Below the pieces are notes generated by a model. That model had not been told where the DNA came from. It did no database searches and saw only the letters and a program-made list of their open reading frames with translations. The translations under genes and the position numbers were made by a program. A stretch of 64,000 bases of DNA, taken from positions 416,001 to 480,000 of the forward strand of contig CAWAOD010000009.1 in assembly GCA_963783575.1 (NCBI GenBank), read 5' to 3'. Source of the stretch: an uncultured Spirochaetota bacterium (GTDB taxonomy: Bacteria; Spirochaetota; Brevinematia; Brevinematales; JAOACQ01). Positions 29,657-38,363 of this stretch are shown here, piece by piece. How positions within the stretch are numbered: the first letter of the stretch is position 1; every line of letters starts with the position of its first letter.

Positions 29657-32260
29657 TTATGATACCGTATCCACAATATCATTCGGCTGGTTGCTAATAA
29701 CAGTTCCTATATTTGTATTATTATTACCGCTGTATTCATACAACCCTCCGCCATTAATCCCTGCGCCATTATTGCTTATAATGCCCAAGTTTGTATTATA
29801 TGTTGATCCCAAATCCATAAATACCCCGCCGCCATTAACTTCGGCGAAATTATTCGTGATATAAGTCAGGGAAGAAATCGTGTTAAAACTGCTGCTATTC
29901 ATATAGATCCCGCCGCCGTTTCCGTTTGTGGCATAATTGATATAGACAGCGCCGTTTATTGAGTTGAAAGCACATTTCGACAATTCCATACCGCCGCCGT
30001 ACTTTGCTATATTCAGGTAAACAGGCCCGTCAATAAAGCTGTTTGTGGTCGATTCCATAAATATACCGCCGCCACTTCCTGCAGACTGGTCAAACACCTG
30101 GTTGCTGAATATTGTTGCCGAAATCGAGTTGTTATTCCCATAGACCATATCTATACCGGCACCACCGTTAGTGGCCACATTATTATAGATTACTCCGGCA
30201 AACTGGCTGTTATTGCACCCGGTCGCATATATTCCGCCGCCGTAATTGGCAGCTATGTTGCCGTTAAATAATACGTTAATACTGATCCCATTTTCCGAGT
30301 TGAGGAAAACACCTGCGCCTAAATTTGTCGCATAATTATTAGATACGATTCCGAAAAGGAAATTGTTCGTACCGAATTCCATCCTTACACCGCCGCCTTG
30401 CCCGGCCATATTATTAAAAATAGAGGCGTTTATTGTGCAGTTTGTAGAGCCTATCATTTCAACTCCGCCTCCGGAAAGCGAAACGTTTCTTTCTATTGAA
30501 GCAAATACTGCATCGCCCGATTCGCCGCCGATATACAAACCGCCGCCGTTTGAGTAACCGGTGTTATTCATTAAGAAACCGTTTATAAAATTAGCCTTAC
30601 CATTGATAAGAAACAATCCGCCGCCTGATGAAGCTGCGTTGTTTGTTATATAGCAGTTTATAATGTTAGAACCGCCGCCAACCAGAACCATTCCGCCGCC
30701 TTCGCCCGGAATATTCGAGTTTATTATTGGAATGGTTGTGTTATTTGCTGCATTGCTGACAATGTAAACTAATACGGAAAAATTATTACTCGAGCAGTTT
30801 ACCATGAAGACCCCTCCGCCTATAGTTGCGGTATTGTTGCTGACAAACATATATCCGAATGTGGAATTTCTTACATTGGTCATTAAGATTCCGCCGCCGC
30901 AAAAGTCTGCTATGTTAGCTGAAAGTGATTTATATGCATTCCCTCCGCGTATGGTAAAATTATTCATATTTAAGTTGCTGATGTTTCCGGCATATATTAC
31001 ATGCTGATTGCTATTCAGACCGTCCAGTTCGCTGAAAGCGACAGGGGAAGTATAGACCGAGTCCCATCCGCCGGAAATATTAATGCCGCTGAGATTGATG
31101 TTTACGCCGTTGGAGCCGGAGGACAGCCCGCTGCCAGGTGTGTATACACCCATCTGCAGGAATATGTTTGTTATTCCCAGTGAGGAAGCCTTGGATAAAG
31201 CCGTTTGAATGGTTAAAATCGGCGCTAACGGAGTAGTTCCGCTGTTTGTGTCATTCCCGATCGGACTAGGGGCAACATATATAGCGGTAACACCTGCCGA
31301 TGAGGACGATGATGAAGAGGACGAAGATGACGAAGAGCTGGAAGATGAAGAAGGAATATGAGCCGCCGCGTCAGCCAGTACGGCATCGATCTTATTATCA
31401 TTTGAATTAAAACGGTAAAGATCATAATTACCATTTCCGAACCGGGTTGAAGCAAAATAAATTTTCCTTGAAGAATAATCAATAAAAGGTTCGGCATCAT
31501 CAAAATCGGAACCAAGATTAACCGGTTTATAAACAAAATTAGAAAGACTGATAAAAAGTTGATGTTTTCCGTTTGAATAAATAGAATCTACAATATGATT
31601 ATATCTATCTATAGAATCCAAAGAATAAAAAACATTTTGCCCTGGGGTGTTTGTGTTTGAGAACCAGCCTACGTCCCAAATATATAACAAACAATTGGTG
31701 CTTCCAGTGGATACAATCAGGGGACTCTGATAATTCGTGTGATCATCCAGTGATATCTGTGTGGCATTCACAGAAACCGAAGAAATTAGGCCCCCGATGG
31801 AATGATTACTTGGATTATAAAGGTATGTATAAATATTTGTCGATGTCGAATTATACCTGATGAAAGAAATGAACGCGGTTGAAGAATTTGTATTGAAAAT
31901 AACGGGAGAAATCTCGTTATCGGATGTATTTACAGGTGTGCCCAGATTCGCGGGGGCAGTAAAAGTCTCATCGCTGTTCATATCGGCGTAATAAATGTCA
32001 TATCCGCCGCCTCCCGACCTGTCGGAAGCGAAGAAGATAGTAGCGTTATTGCCGTTCCTGTATAAAAACGGCGACCTGTCATTTGCCGTATCATCGCTTA
32101 AATAGCCGCCTGTACCTGATATCGCGAGCCTTTTTAAGGATTCTTTACCGCCGCCTGACTGCCCTGTATTACCACCGGGATTATTAATATTATTAAAAAA
32201 GTAGCCCGCGCAGCCTGCTACCAAAAGAATAAAAATCAATACATAAAGAAGTTTACTCAT
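29657..32260 (-). CDS. surface lipoprotein: PD40/propeller-like N-terminus, poly-Ser linker, right-handed beta-helix repeats
   Basis: lipobox LVAGC; FFASDR.GG..YDIY; Ser18; many N.A..GGG[IV][YF] repeats; GGAGG SD. Confidence 0.8.
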   Translation of the reverse strand: MSKLLYVLIFILLVAGCAGYFFNNINNPGGNTGQSGGGKESLKRLAISGTGGYLSDDTANDRSPFLYRNGNNATIFFASDRSGGGGYDIYYADMNSDETFTAPANLGTPVNTSDNEISPVIFNTNSSTAFISFIRYNSTSTNIYTYLYNPSNHSIGGLISSVSVNATQISLDDHTNYQSPLIVSTGSTNCLLYIWDVGWFSNTNTPGQNVFYSLDSIDRYNHIVDSIYSNGKHQLFISLSNFVYKPVNLGSDFDDAEPFIDYSSRKIYFASTRFGNGNYDLYRFNSNDNKIDAVLADAAAHIPSSSSSSSSSSSSSSSSSSAGVTAIYVAPSPIGNDTNSGTTPLAPILTIQTALSKASSLGITNIFLQMGVYTPGSGLSSGSNGVNINLSGINISGGWDSVYTSPVAFSELDGLNSNQHVIYAGNISNLNMNNFTIRGGNAYKSLSANIADFCGGGILMTNVRNSTFGYMFVSNNTATIGGGVFMVNCSSNNFSVLVYIVSNAANNTTIPIINSNIPGEGGGMVLVGGGSNIINCYITNNAASSGGGLFLINGKANFINGFLMNNTGYSNGGGLYIGGESGDAVFASIERNVSLSGGGVEMIGSTNCTINASIFNNMAGQGGGVRMEFGTNNFLFGIVSNNYATNLGAGVFLNSENGISINVLFNGNIAANYGGGIYATGCNNSQFAGVIYNNVATNGGAGIDMVYGNNNSISATIFSNQVFDQSAGSGGGIFMESTTNSFIDGPVYLNIAKYGGGMELSKCAFNSINGAVYINYATNGNGGGIYMNSSSFNTISSLTYITNNFAEVNGGGVFMDLGSTYNTNLGIISNNGAGINGGGLYEYSGNNNTNIGTVISNQPNDIVDTVS

Positions 32261-32360
32261 AAAAACCCTCCTTCCTTTAATCTTTCGAAATATTGCCGCA
32301 TCCGGCAAAAAAGTAAGTTTGTTACTATTTTACTAGAAATATCCGCTATAACATTGCTTA

Positions 32361-32389
32361 AATATATAAAATTTCTTAAGTTTAGTCAA
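32361..32389 (-). promoter_or_regulatory. sigma70-type promoter
   Basis: TTGACT-17-TATATT. Confidence 0.45.
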
Positions 32390-32727
32390 AATAATTTTTT
32401 CAAAATCAATTTCTTTTTATACTTGATGTAATAAATATTTCTTTATGCTTATAAATCAACCCCCCTGTTAAATCTAAGAATGATCCATTTGACAGGCAAT
32501 ATCAAATTGCGTCTTTTTGCCCATTATTAACCATATTAAAATTTTTTAAATCTGAAAGCTAATACAGTTGCAGTACCGGTAAGCGTTTTTATGATTTATG
32601 ATCAACTCTGCCTCCATTTTTAATATTGAAACGGATAATTTATCATAAATGAACATATTATTACTTTTGAGTAAAAATCTGCTAAAATTATTATTTCCAG
32701 CATTCAAATATAAAGCATGCCCTTCAA

Positions 32728-35700
32728 TCATCCTCCGGCATAAGTATCTGAAGAACTAGGATTAGTCACTGCTGTATTATTAATAATGGTTCCGTTGTTT
32801 ACAATTGGCATATAATAGAAAAGACCTCCACCGTAATTTGCCGCGGTATTGCTGGTGATAGTTCCGTTATTAGTAATAAAAGCTACCCACGAGTCAACGT
32901 AAATTCCGCCGCCATTATAAGTGCTGTTTGTCATAATTAAAGAATTAAAGATGAAATTTGTCGAATAATTAATGTAAATACCGCCTCCATAGATGGCTGC
33001 AGTATTCCATGCTATATTCCCCGAGATATTGCCGAATAAGCTGTTGATTATATAAATTCCGCCGCCATCGTACAAAGAATTATTACTCATGATATCCGAA
33101 CTTACACTGATATTACTTGCATAGTTGATATATAAACCTCCGCCGTAATTAAGGGAGGTATTATTGGCAATTGTTGCGGTAATATTAATATTTGTGCTTT
33201 GAAATATGCTGACACCACCGCCGAAAGCCGACATTCCAACAACATTGTTAACCGAGATATTTCCGCTGATGATCGAATCATTCGCACCGATTAAAATAAT
33301 TCCACCGCCGCCGCCTGATGGCGGATAGCCGGTATTGAGGTAATTATTCAGGATTATTGAATTGATAAAGTTGCTGCCGCTGTAATAAATGTATATACCC
33401 CCTCCCATACCGTTAGCGCTATTATTGGAAATTTTTGCGGTTATAGTATTGTTGCTGCCGTAATCCATCCGGAGGCCTCCTCCGCCTAAAACTGTTCCAC
33501 TGAAATTGTTACAGAATATTCCATTGGAAACTATGTCCGCGGTAATCGTATTCCCTGAGCAGTTGGAAAGGTAAATCCCGCCGCCGCCATTTTCTGGACC
33601 GGCGCTTGATACCGAATAGGCGTTGGTAGAAACACTGCCGCCAATTGAATTATGATCCGAATTCATCATGTAGATTCCGCCACCGCCTCCGTTAAATACA
33701 CCGGAGTTTGCTGAATTCATTAAAATTTTTGAATTGACGGTATTATTTCCGCCTCCTGTAATATAAATTCCTCCTCCGCAGCCGACATTGTTACCCGTTA
33801 CGGAATTGGAGATTATATCTGCTGAGATGATATTGCTGATTCCGTTAGTAATGAAGATACCGCCACCGCAATTTTGAGCCGTATTGACAGATATCAAACC
33901 GGAAATATTGTTACTTGAGGAATTGATCATATAAACGCCACCACCGGAATCATAGGCTGTATTATTTGTGATTACCAGATTGAATACACTGTTTACAACA
34001 TTCTCTAAATAAATTCCTGCGCCGATCGTCCCATTGTCACTATTTGCATGTCCATTCTCTAACACAAAGCCCGTTATATGTATATTAGTAGCATTCTGTA
34101 CGCTGATGATATTGCCCTGATAATTTTGTCCATTCAGTTCGCTTTTACCACTAACTATACTGAAAGAGCTATCCCAGCCTCCAGCCAGGTTAATTCTGCT
34201 GCTGGTTATAGATAAACCATTATTCCAGTTTCCTGAAAGGCCGACATTTGTGATATATACACCTGCCTGTACGTAAACATTGGTCAGGCCATACGTGACA
34301 GCGGTATCTAAAGCGTTCTGTATCGTCAGCAGAGGGCTGGCGCTGATTCCGGGGTTGCCGTCATTACCGTTCGTGGCAACATAAACTACCGATGCGACAA
34401 CATAAACAGCGCTTTGGTTCGTATAACTTGAATTCCCCGCGCCGTCCATGCAATAAAACCATATGTTATTGCTGCTATTATCGCTAAATGTAAATATATT
34501 TGTCCAGTTTGTGGTCCCTGTGATTTTTATAAAACTTATATCGTCTGTTGAGACGTTAACGCTCGCGATTCCTGAATTGATAATACCCTCTGAATCGGAA
34601 GCGGTACCGATAAAAGAATAAACAGTGCCATTGATTGTAATTGGAGAGGAGTCATTCGGGATTAAAAAAGGACTCATTGTATCAACCGTAAACGAAGCGC
34701 TCTGCGTCAGGCTGGTATTGCCCGCAGAATCCTGCGCCCATACATAGATTGTATAGTTAGATTCCGTAAGATTGGATAGACTTATTATACTTCCGGTAAA
34801 TGTTAGAGCGCTTCCGCTGCCGAGCTTATAGTATTTGTTGCTGACTCCTGTGCCGGTATCTGTGATAGTTGTATTGACAGTAAATGATGCAGTATTTGTG
34901 TATGCTGGAATAGTTGCAATGCTTACAGTAGGCGGAATCACATCGGAATAAATCACAATAATGGAATTCGTGACCGTTATATTTCCCGCTTTATCAACAG
35001 CATAAGCGTAAAAAACATTAGTTCCGAAAGTTACAAGGCTGAAATTTGTGCTCCATGGCCCATTCACGTTTATATTTAAAGGAGTAAAAGTATTTGTATT
35101 CATTTTCACATAAACATTTGATACGCCCGATACCGCATCCGTTACGGCGCCGCTGAAGGTATAAAGCCCGTTTGTATTGCTGCCCGCTGAGGTAATCGTC
35201 AAAACAGGAGGGGTTGTATCCAGTATGACAGTTATGGCGCCGGATAAACCCGTTTTCCCGGTTATGCCGTAAGCAATTGCCTGGAATGTGTTGCTGCCCT
35301 CATTTAAACCGATTGCCACAGGCGAGTTCCAGGTATTTGCAGTAAAGGACATGGTATTTGTAACGGTATCATTTTTTACCAGTAAGACATTGGTAATGGA
35401 ATAATAACTACTGATGGAATTTGTGCCGCTGAAATTAATAGATGTAGCGTTTGTAATTAAACCGGTTAAGGGCGATAGAATACCGATAAACGGCAAATCA
35501 GCCGCCACATTAACATAGTTTGTAAGTATAGCGGAAATGTTACCCGAATTATCCACGGCATAAACATAGTTGGTATGCAAGCCCGGTAATGATACAGAGA
35601 AATTTGTCAACCAGTTTGTACCAGCAACGGTTATTGCCAGGAAGCCATTTGTGTCGAGTTCAACATAAAGATTGGAAAGACCCGATCCGGTATCTGTAAC

Positions 35701-36729
35701 ACTACCGCTGAAAGCGTAAGTTGAACCTACGCTCTGATTGTTTGTCGGTGTGAATATTAAGACTTCCGGAGGTGTCGTATCAATTAAATTAGTTAGCTGA
35801 TTTGTAAGCTGATTTATATTAATTCCATTAATTATTTTATCGAATGTTATATCATTGTACCTGTACAGATCATAATTGCCTTTACCGAACCTGTCGGAAG
35901 CAAAATACACCTTATAACCGCCCGTGACATCGACAAAAGGTGTAATATCATTGAATGTACTGTTATAATTAGTAATTGCAAATGGTAAAAGATATTTATT
36001 AGTGATTGAAACCGCGCCTGTAATCTGGTAAACTCCTCCGGCAAAGTTTTGATAAATTACAGCGGACAAATTCGCCTGGTACTCATAAGCGTTCGCCGCA
36101 AATACCGTTTTAGCGCCTGTCATTAACATATTGGTGTTCCAGTTTGTTGTAAACACAAAAGAAACGACATTACTGGTACCATAAAGTAAAAACAAATAAT
36201 TTGTGTTTTGCAATACTGAAAGGCCTATATTTGAAACGTTTATATTGGTCATTTCCTGGATCGGTGTTGAGGATATAACATCAAAATTATTATTCAATTG
36301 ATAGGTCACAATCCTGCCGGGATTACGCCTGATCAGCGAAATATAGGTGTTTCCCCCGGATTGAAATAATATAGGTGATTCCTCATTATTGGTTGTATTT
36401 ATTATGTTTGTCAGACTGACCGGCGGGTTGAATATGCCGTCAGAATTCATCTGAGCGAAATAAATATCGTAATTACCGGTTCTATCAGAATCGAAGAAAA
36501 GATAAGCATTGTTATTATACCTAAATAAAAAAGGCGATTTTTCATTAAATTCATCTGTACTTAGATAGCCTCCGCCTAAAACAGCAAGCCGCTTATAAGA
36601 ATCCGCTGGGCTATTTGCATTGTTATTCTGGGGATTCGACCCCAGGTTATTGAGATAACTTGTACAGGAGAATAAGATCAGAATTGAAACAAACACCGCA
36701 ATTATTATAACAAAACCATATTTCTTCAT
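32728..36729 (-). CDS. large surface lipoprotein: PD40-like N-terminus, Ig-like repeats, beta-helix repeats (paralog of the previous gene)
   Basis: lipobox ILFSC; FFDSDRTGNYDIY; DTTPP...AVD.AGN Ig-like units; GGG[IV]Y repeats. Confidence 0.8.
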   Translation of the reverse strand: MKKYGFVIIIAVFVSILILFSCTSYLNNLGSNPQNNNANSPADSYKRLAVLGGGYLSTDEFNEKSPFLFRYNNNAYLFFDSDRTGNYDIYFAQMNSDGIFNPPVSLTNIINTTNNEESPILFQSGGNTYISLIRRNPGRIVTYQLNNNFDVISSTPIQEMTNINVSNIGLSVLQNTNYLFLLYGTSNVVSFVFTTNWNTNMLMTGAKTVFAANAYEYQANLSAVIYQNFAGGVYQITGAVSITNKYLLPFAITNYNSTFNDITPFVDVTGGYKVYFASDRFGKGNYDLYRYNDITFDKIINGININQLTNQLTNLIDTTPPEVLIFTPTNNQSVGSTYAFSGSVTDTGSGLSNLYVELDTNGFLAITVAGTNWLTNFSVSLPGLHTNYVYAVDNSGNISAILTNYVNVAADLPFIGILSPLTGLITNATSINFSGTNSISSYYSITNVLLVKNDTVTNTMSFTANTWNSPVAIGLNEGSNTFQAIAYGITGKTGLSGAITVILDTTPPVLTITSAGSNTNGLYTFSGAVTDAVSGVSNVYVKMNTNTFTPLNINVNGPWSTNFSLVTFGTNVFYAYAVDKAGNITVTNSIIVIYSDVIPPTVSIATIPAYTNTASFTVNTTITDTGTGVSNKYYKLGSGSALTFTGSIISLSNLTESNYTIYVWAQDSAGNTSLTQSASFTVDTMSPFLIPNDSSPITINGTVYSFIGTASDSEGIINSGIASVNVSTDDISFIKITGTTNWTNIFTFSDNSSNNIWFYCMDGAGNSSYTNQSAVYVVASVVYVATNGNDGNPGISASPLLTIQNALDTAVTYGLTNVYVQAGVYITNVGLSGNWNNGLSITSSRINLAGGWDSSFSIVSGKSELNGQNYQGNIISVQNATNIHITGFVLENGHANSDNGTIGAGIYLENVVNSVFNLVITNNTAYDSGGGVYMINSSSNNISGLISVNTAQNCGGGIFITNGISNIISADIISNSVTGNNVGCGGGIYITGGGNNTVNSKILMNSANSGVFNGGGGGIYMMNSDHNSIGGSVSTNAYSVSSAGPENGGGGIYLSNCSGNTITADIVSNGIFCNNFSGTVLGGGGLRMDYGSNNTITAKISNNSANGMGGGIYIYYSGSNFINSIILNNYLNTGYPPSGGGGGIILIGANDSIISGNISVNNVVGMSAFGGGVSIFQSTNINITATIANNTSLNYGGGLYINYASNISVSSDIMSNNSLYDGGGIYIINSLFGNISGNIAWNTAAIYGGGIYINYSTNFIFNSLIMTNSTYNGGGIYVDSWVAFITNNGTITSNTAANYGGGLFYYMPIVNNGTIINNTAVTNPSSSDTYAGG

Positions 36730-36921
36730 ATTTCCCCCAAATTTATATACTATTTAAAATCCAATCCAAAATTGTATAACCTTAAGCTGGTTTTATAAAC
36801 CCCTATAATCTTTATGCCTCTATTTGATAATGTTATTTCGAAATGCGGGGAAATAATACAAGTGAACAAACTCACTCCGCCATTTTTTATAAATTTACAA
36901 ATAATAACCATTATAAATCGT

Positions 36922-36950
36922 ATTATAACTTCTTTAAATCATTAAGTCAA
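36922..36950 (-). promoter_or_regulatory. sigma70-type promoter
   Basis: TTGACT-17-TATAAT, about 190 bp upstream of the ATG. Confidence 0.55.
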
Positions 36951-37097
36951 TACAGTTACAATAAAAAAACAAAATAATTTGTTTGCAAAATATTTGTAAA
37001 TTTTCCTTTGAAAAATTAATTAATTTATTGAATTTTTTACTTTATTTTTATAAAAACCGATGTATATTATAAGTATAAATATTAATTGGGGTGAATT

Positions 37098-37580
37098 ATG
37101 TTAAAATATTTATTTGTCCTTTCTTTAGTTCTTTCTATAGGTTTATTTATAAAATTAGAAATTATGGATAAAGAATTAATTACAAAGAGCGGTTATGGGG
37201 TTGTTAAACTTCAGTCCACTGTAAATACCGTAAAAGCCAAAACGATTATAGAGAGCTGGGATAATTCGCTAAAATTTATAGCAAGGCAAAACCTCTATAT
37301 CGATTTCTTCTTCATCTTTTTTGGTTACGGATTGATGATGTTCAGCCTTGCATTGTTGCTGAAATCGACAATTCTGGGTGTTATACCTTTTTTTGCAGTA
37401 ATATGTGATGCCGCTGAGAATATTTTGCTGATTAAAGCTATATCAGGGTTAAATTATTCTCTTGTCCCAATCGCAAGCATTTTCGATATTGTTAAGATTT
37501 CTTTTATTATCCTGTTTATGGTTATATTATGCTACAGTCTGTTTACAAGGTATATTATGAACAGGATGCAGCATATTTAA
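37098..37580 (+). CDS. hypothetical membrane protein
   Basis: hydrophobic segments; D..F and D..EN motifs. Confidence 0.6.
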   Translation: MLKYLFVLSLVLSIGLFIKLEIMDKELITKSGYGVVKLQSTVNTVKAKTIIESWDNSLKFIARQNLYIDFFFIFFGYGLMMFSLALLLKSTILGVIPFFAVICDAAENILLIKAISGLNYSLVPIASIFDIVKISFIILFMVILCYSLFTRYIMNRMQHI

Positions 37581-37586
37581 TCATTT

Positions 37587-38195
37587 ATGATTAAAACTTT
37601 GCTTCTTCATACCTGCTGTGCACCATGTTTAACACAATGTCTGAATGTGTTAGTGGGCCTTGACAAATGGGCCGGGGCGCTTATTCAAAAACCGGAATTC
37701 GATATTTCAATTTTCTATGATAATCCAAATATTTCCCCTCCCGAAGAATACAATAAACGTAAAAAAGAAGTTTTGCGATTGATTGATATATATTCTATAA
37801 ATTTCAGGCAAATTAAAATTGTCGATGATTTTTCTGAAAAAAGGAGAGAAGAATGGAATTCCTACGCCGGGCAGAATAAAAATGAACCTGAAAGAGGAAA
37901 GCGCTGCTTTTTTTGCTACGAATTCAGGCTTGAAGAGGCAATGAAAACAGCAAGCGAACAGGGTTTTGATTATATTGCCACGACCTTAACATTAAGTCCT
38001 TATAAAGATACTCAAAAAATCAATGAAATCGGTCTGAATTTATCTAAAAAGTATAAAACTGCCTACCTTACTTCGGATTTTAAAAAAAATAACGGTTATA
38101 GGAAATCGATAGAACTATGCAGACAGTATGGAATTTACCGGCAGAATTATTGCGGTTGTATTTATTCATCTAAAGATTACCGAATCAATACCTGA
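37587..38195 (+). CDS. queH: epoxyqueuosine reductase QueH
   Basis: LLHTCCAPC, NPNI.P.EEY, RC..CY..RL, TTL.LSP.K, YRQNYCGC. Confidence 0.92.
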   Translation: MIKTLLLHTCCAPCLTQCLNVLVGLDKWAGALIQKPEFDISIFYDNPNISPPEEYNKRKKEVLRLIDIYSINFRQIKIVDDFSEKRREEWNSYAGQNKNEPERGKRCFFCYEFRLEEAMKTASEQGFDYIATTLTLSPYKDTQKINEIGLNLSKKYKTAYLTSDFKKNNGYRKSIELCRQYGIYRQNYCGCIYSSKDYRINT

Positions 38196-38295
38196 GTGAG
38201 AGATACTTCATGAAGACTTTTCAAGCGATGCGAAGACAATGGCTAACGCAAGTTCGCCAAGCGGCGCAATGCCGCCAGACGAGCTTTTTAAATCA

Positions 38296-38324
38296 TTGCT
38301 TTATTTCCGGATTATTGTTAAAAT
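38296..38324 (+). promoter_or_regulatory. sigma70-type promoter with extended -10
   Basis: TTGCTT-17-TAAAAT, preceded by TG. Confidence 0.5.
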
Positions 38325-38363
38325 ATCGATCAGTTTCCTTAAAAACAATCCGGGAGTAAAAAT

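Noticed and set aside
32546..32731. 61-aa ORF between the lipoprotein genes
   Set aside because: No motif; likely a chance ORF, although the ATGA overlap was noted
29657..36729. Autotransporters / chlamydial Pmp proteins
   Set aside because: GGG[IV] repeats are present but there is no C-terminal barrel; both have lipoboxes
36730..36920. Riboswitch in the long leader of the large lipoprotein
   Set aside because: AT-rich with no recognisable aptamer consensus
38222..38290. Riboswitch controlling YfhO or queH
   Set aside because: It lies 3' of queH and upstream of the predicted YfhO promoter; no preQ1 or c-di-GMP motif
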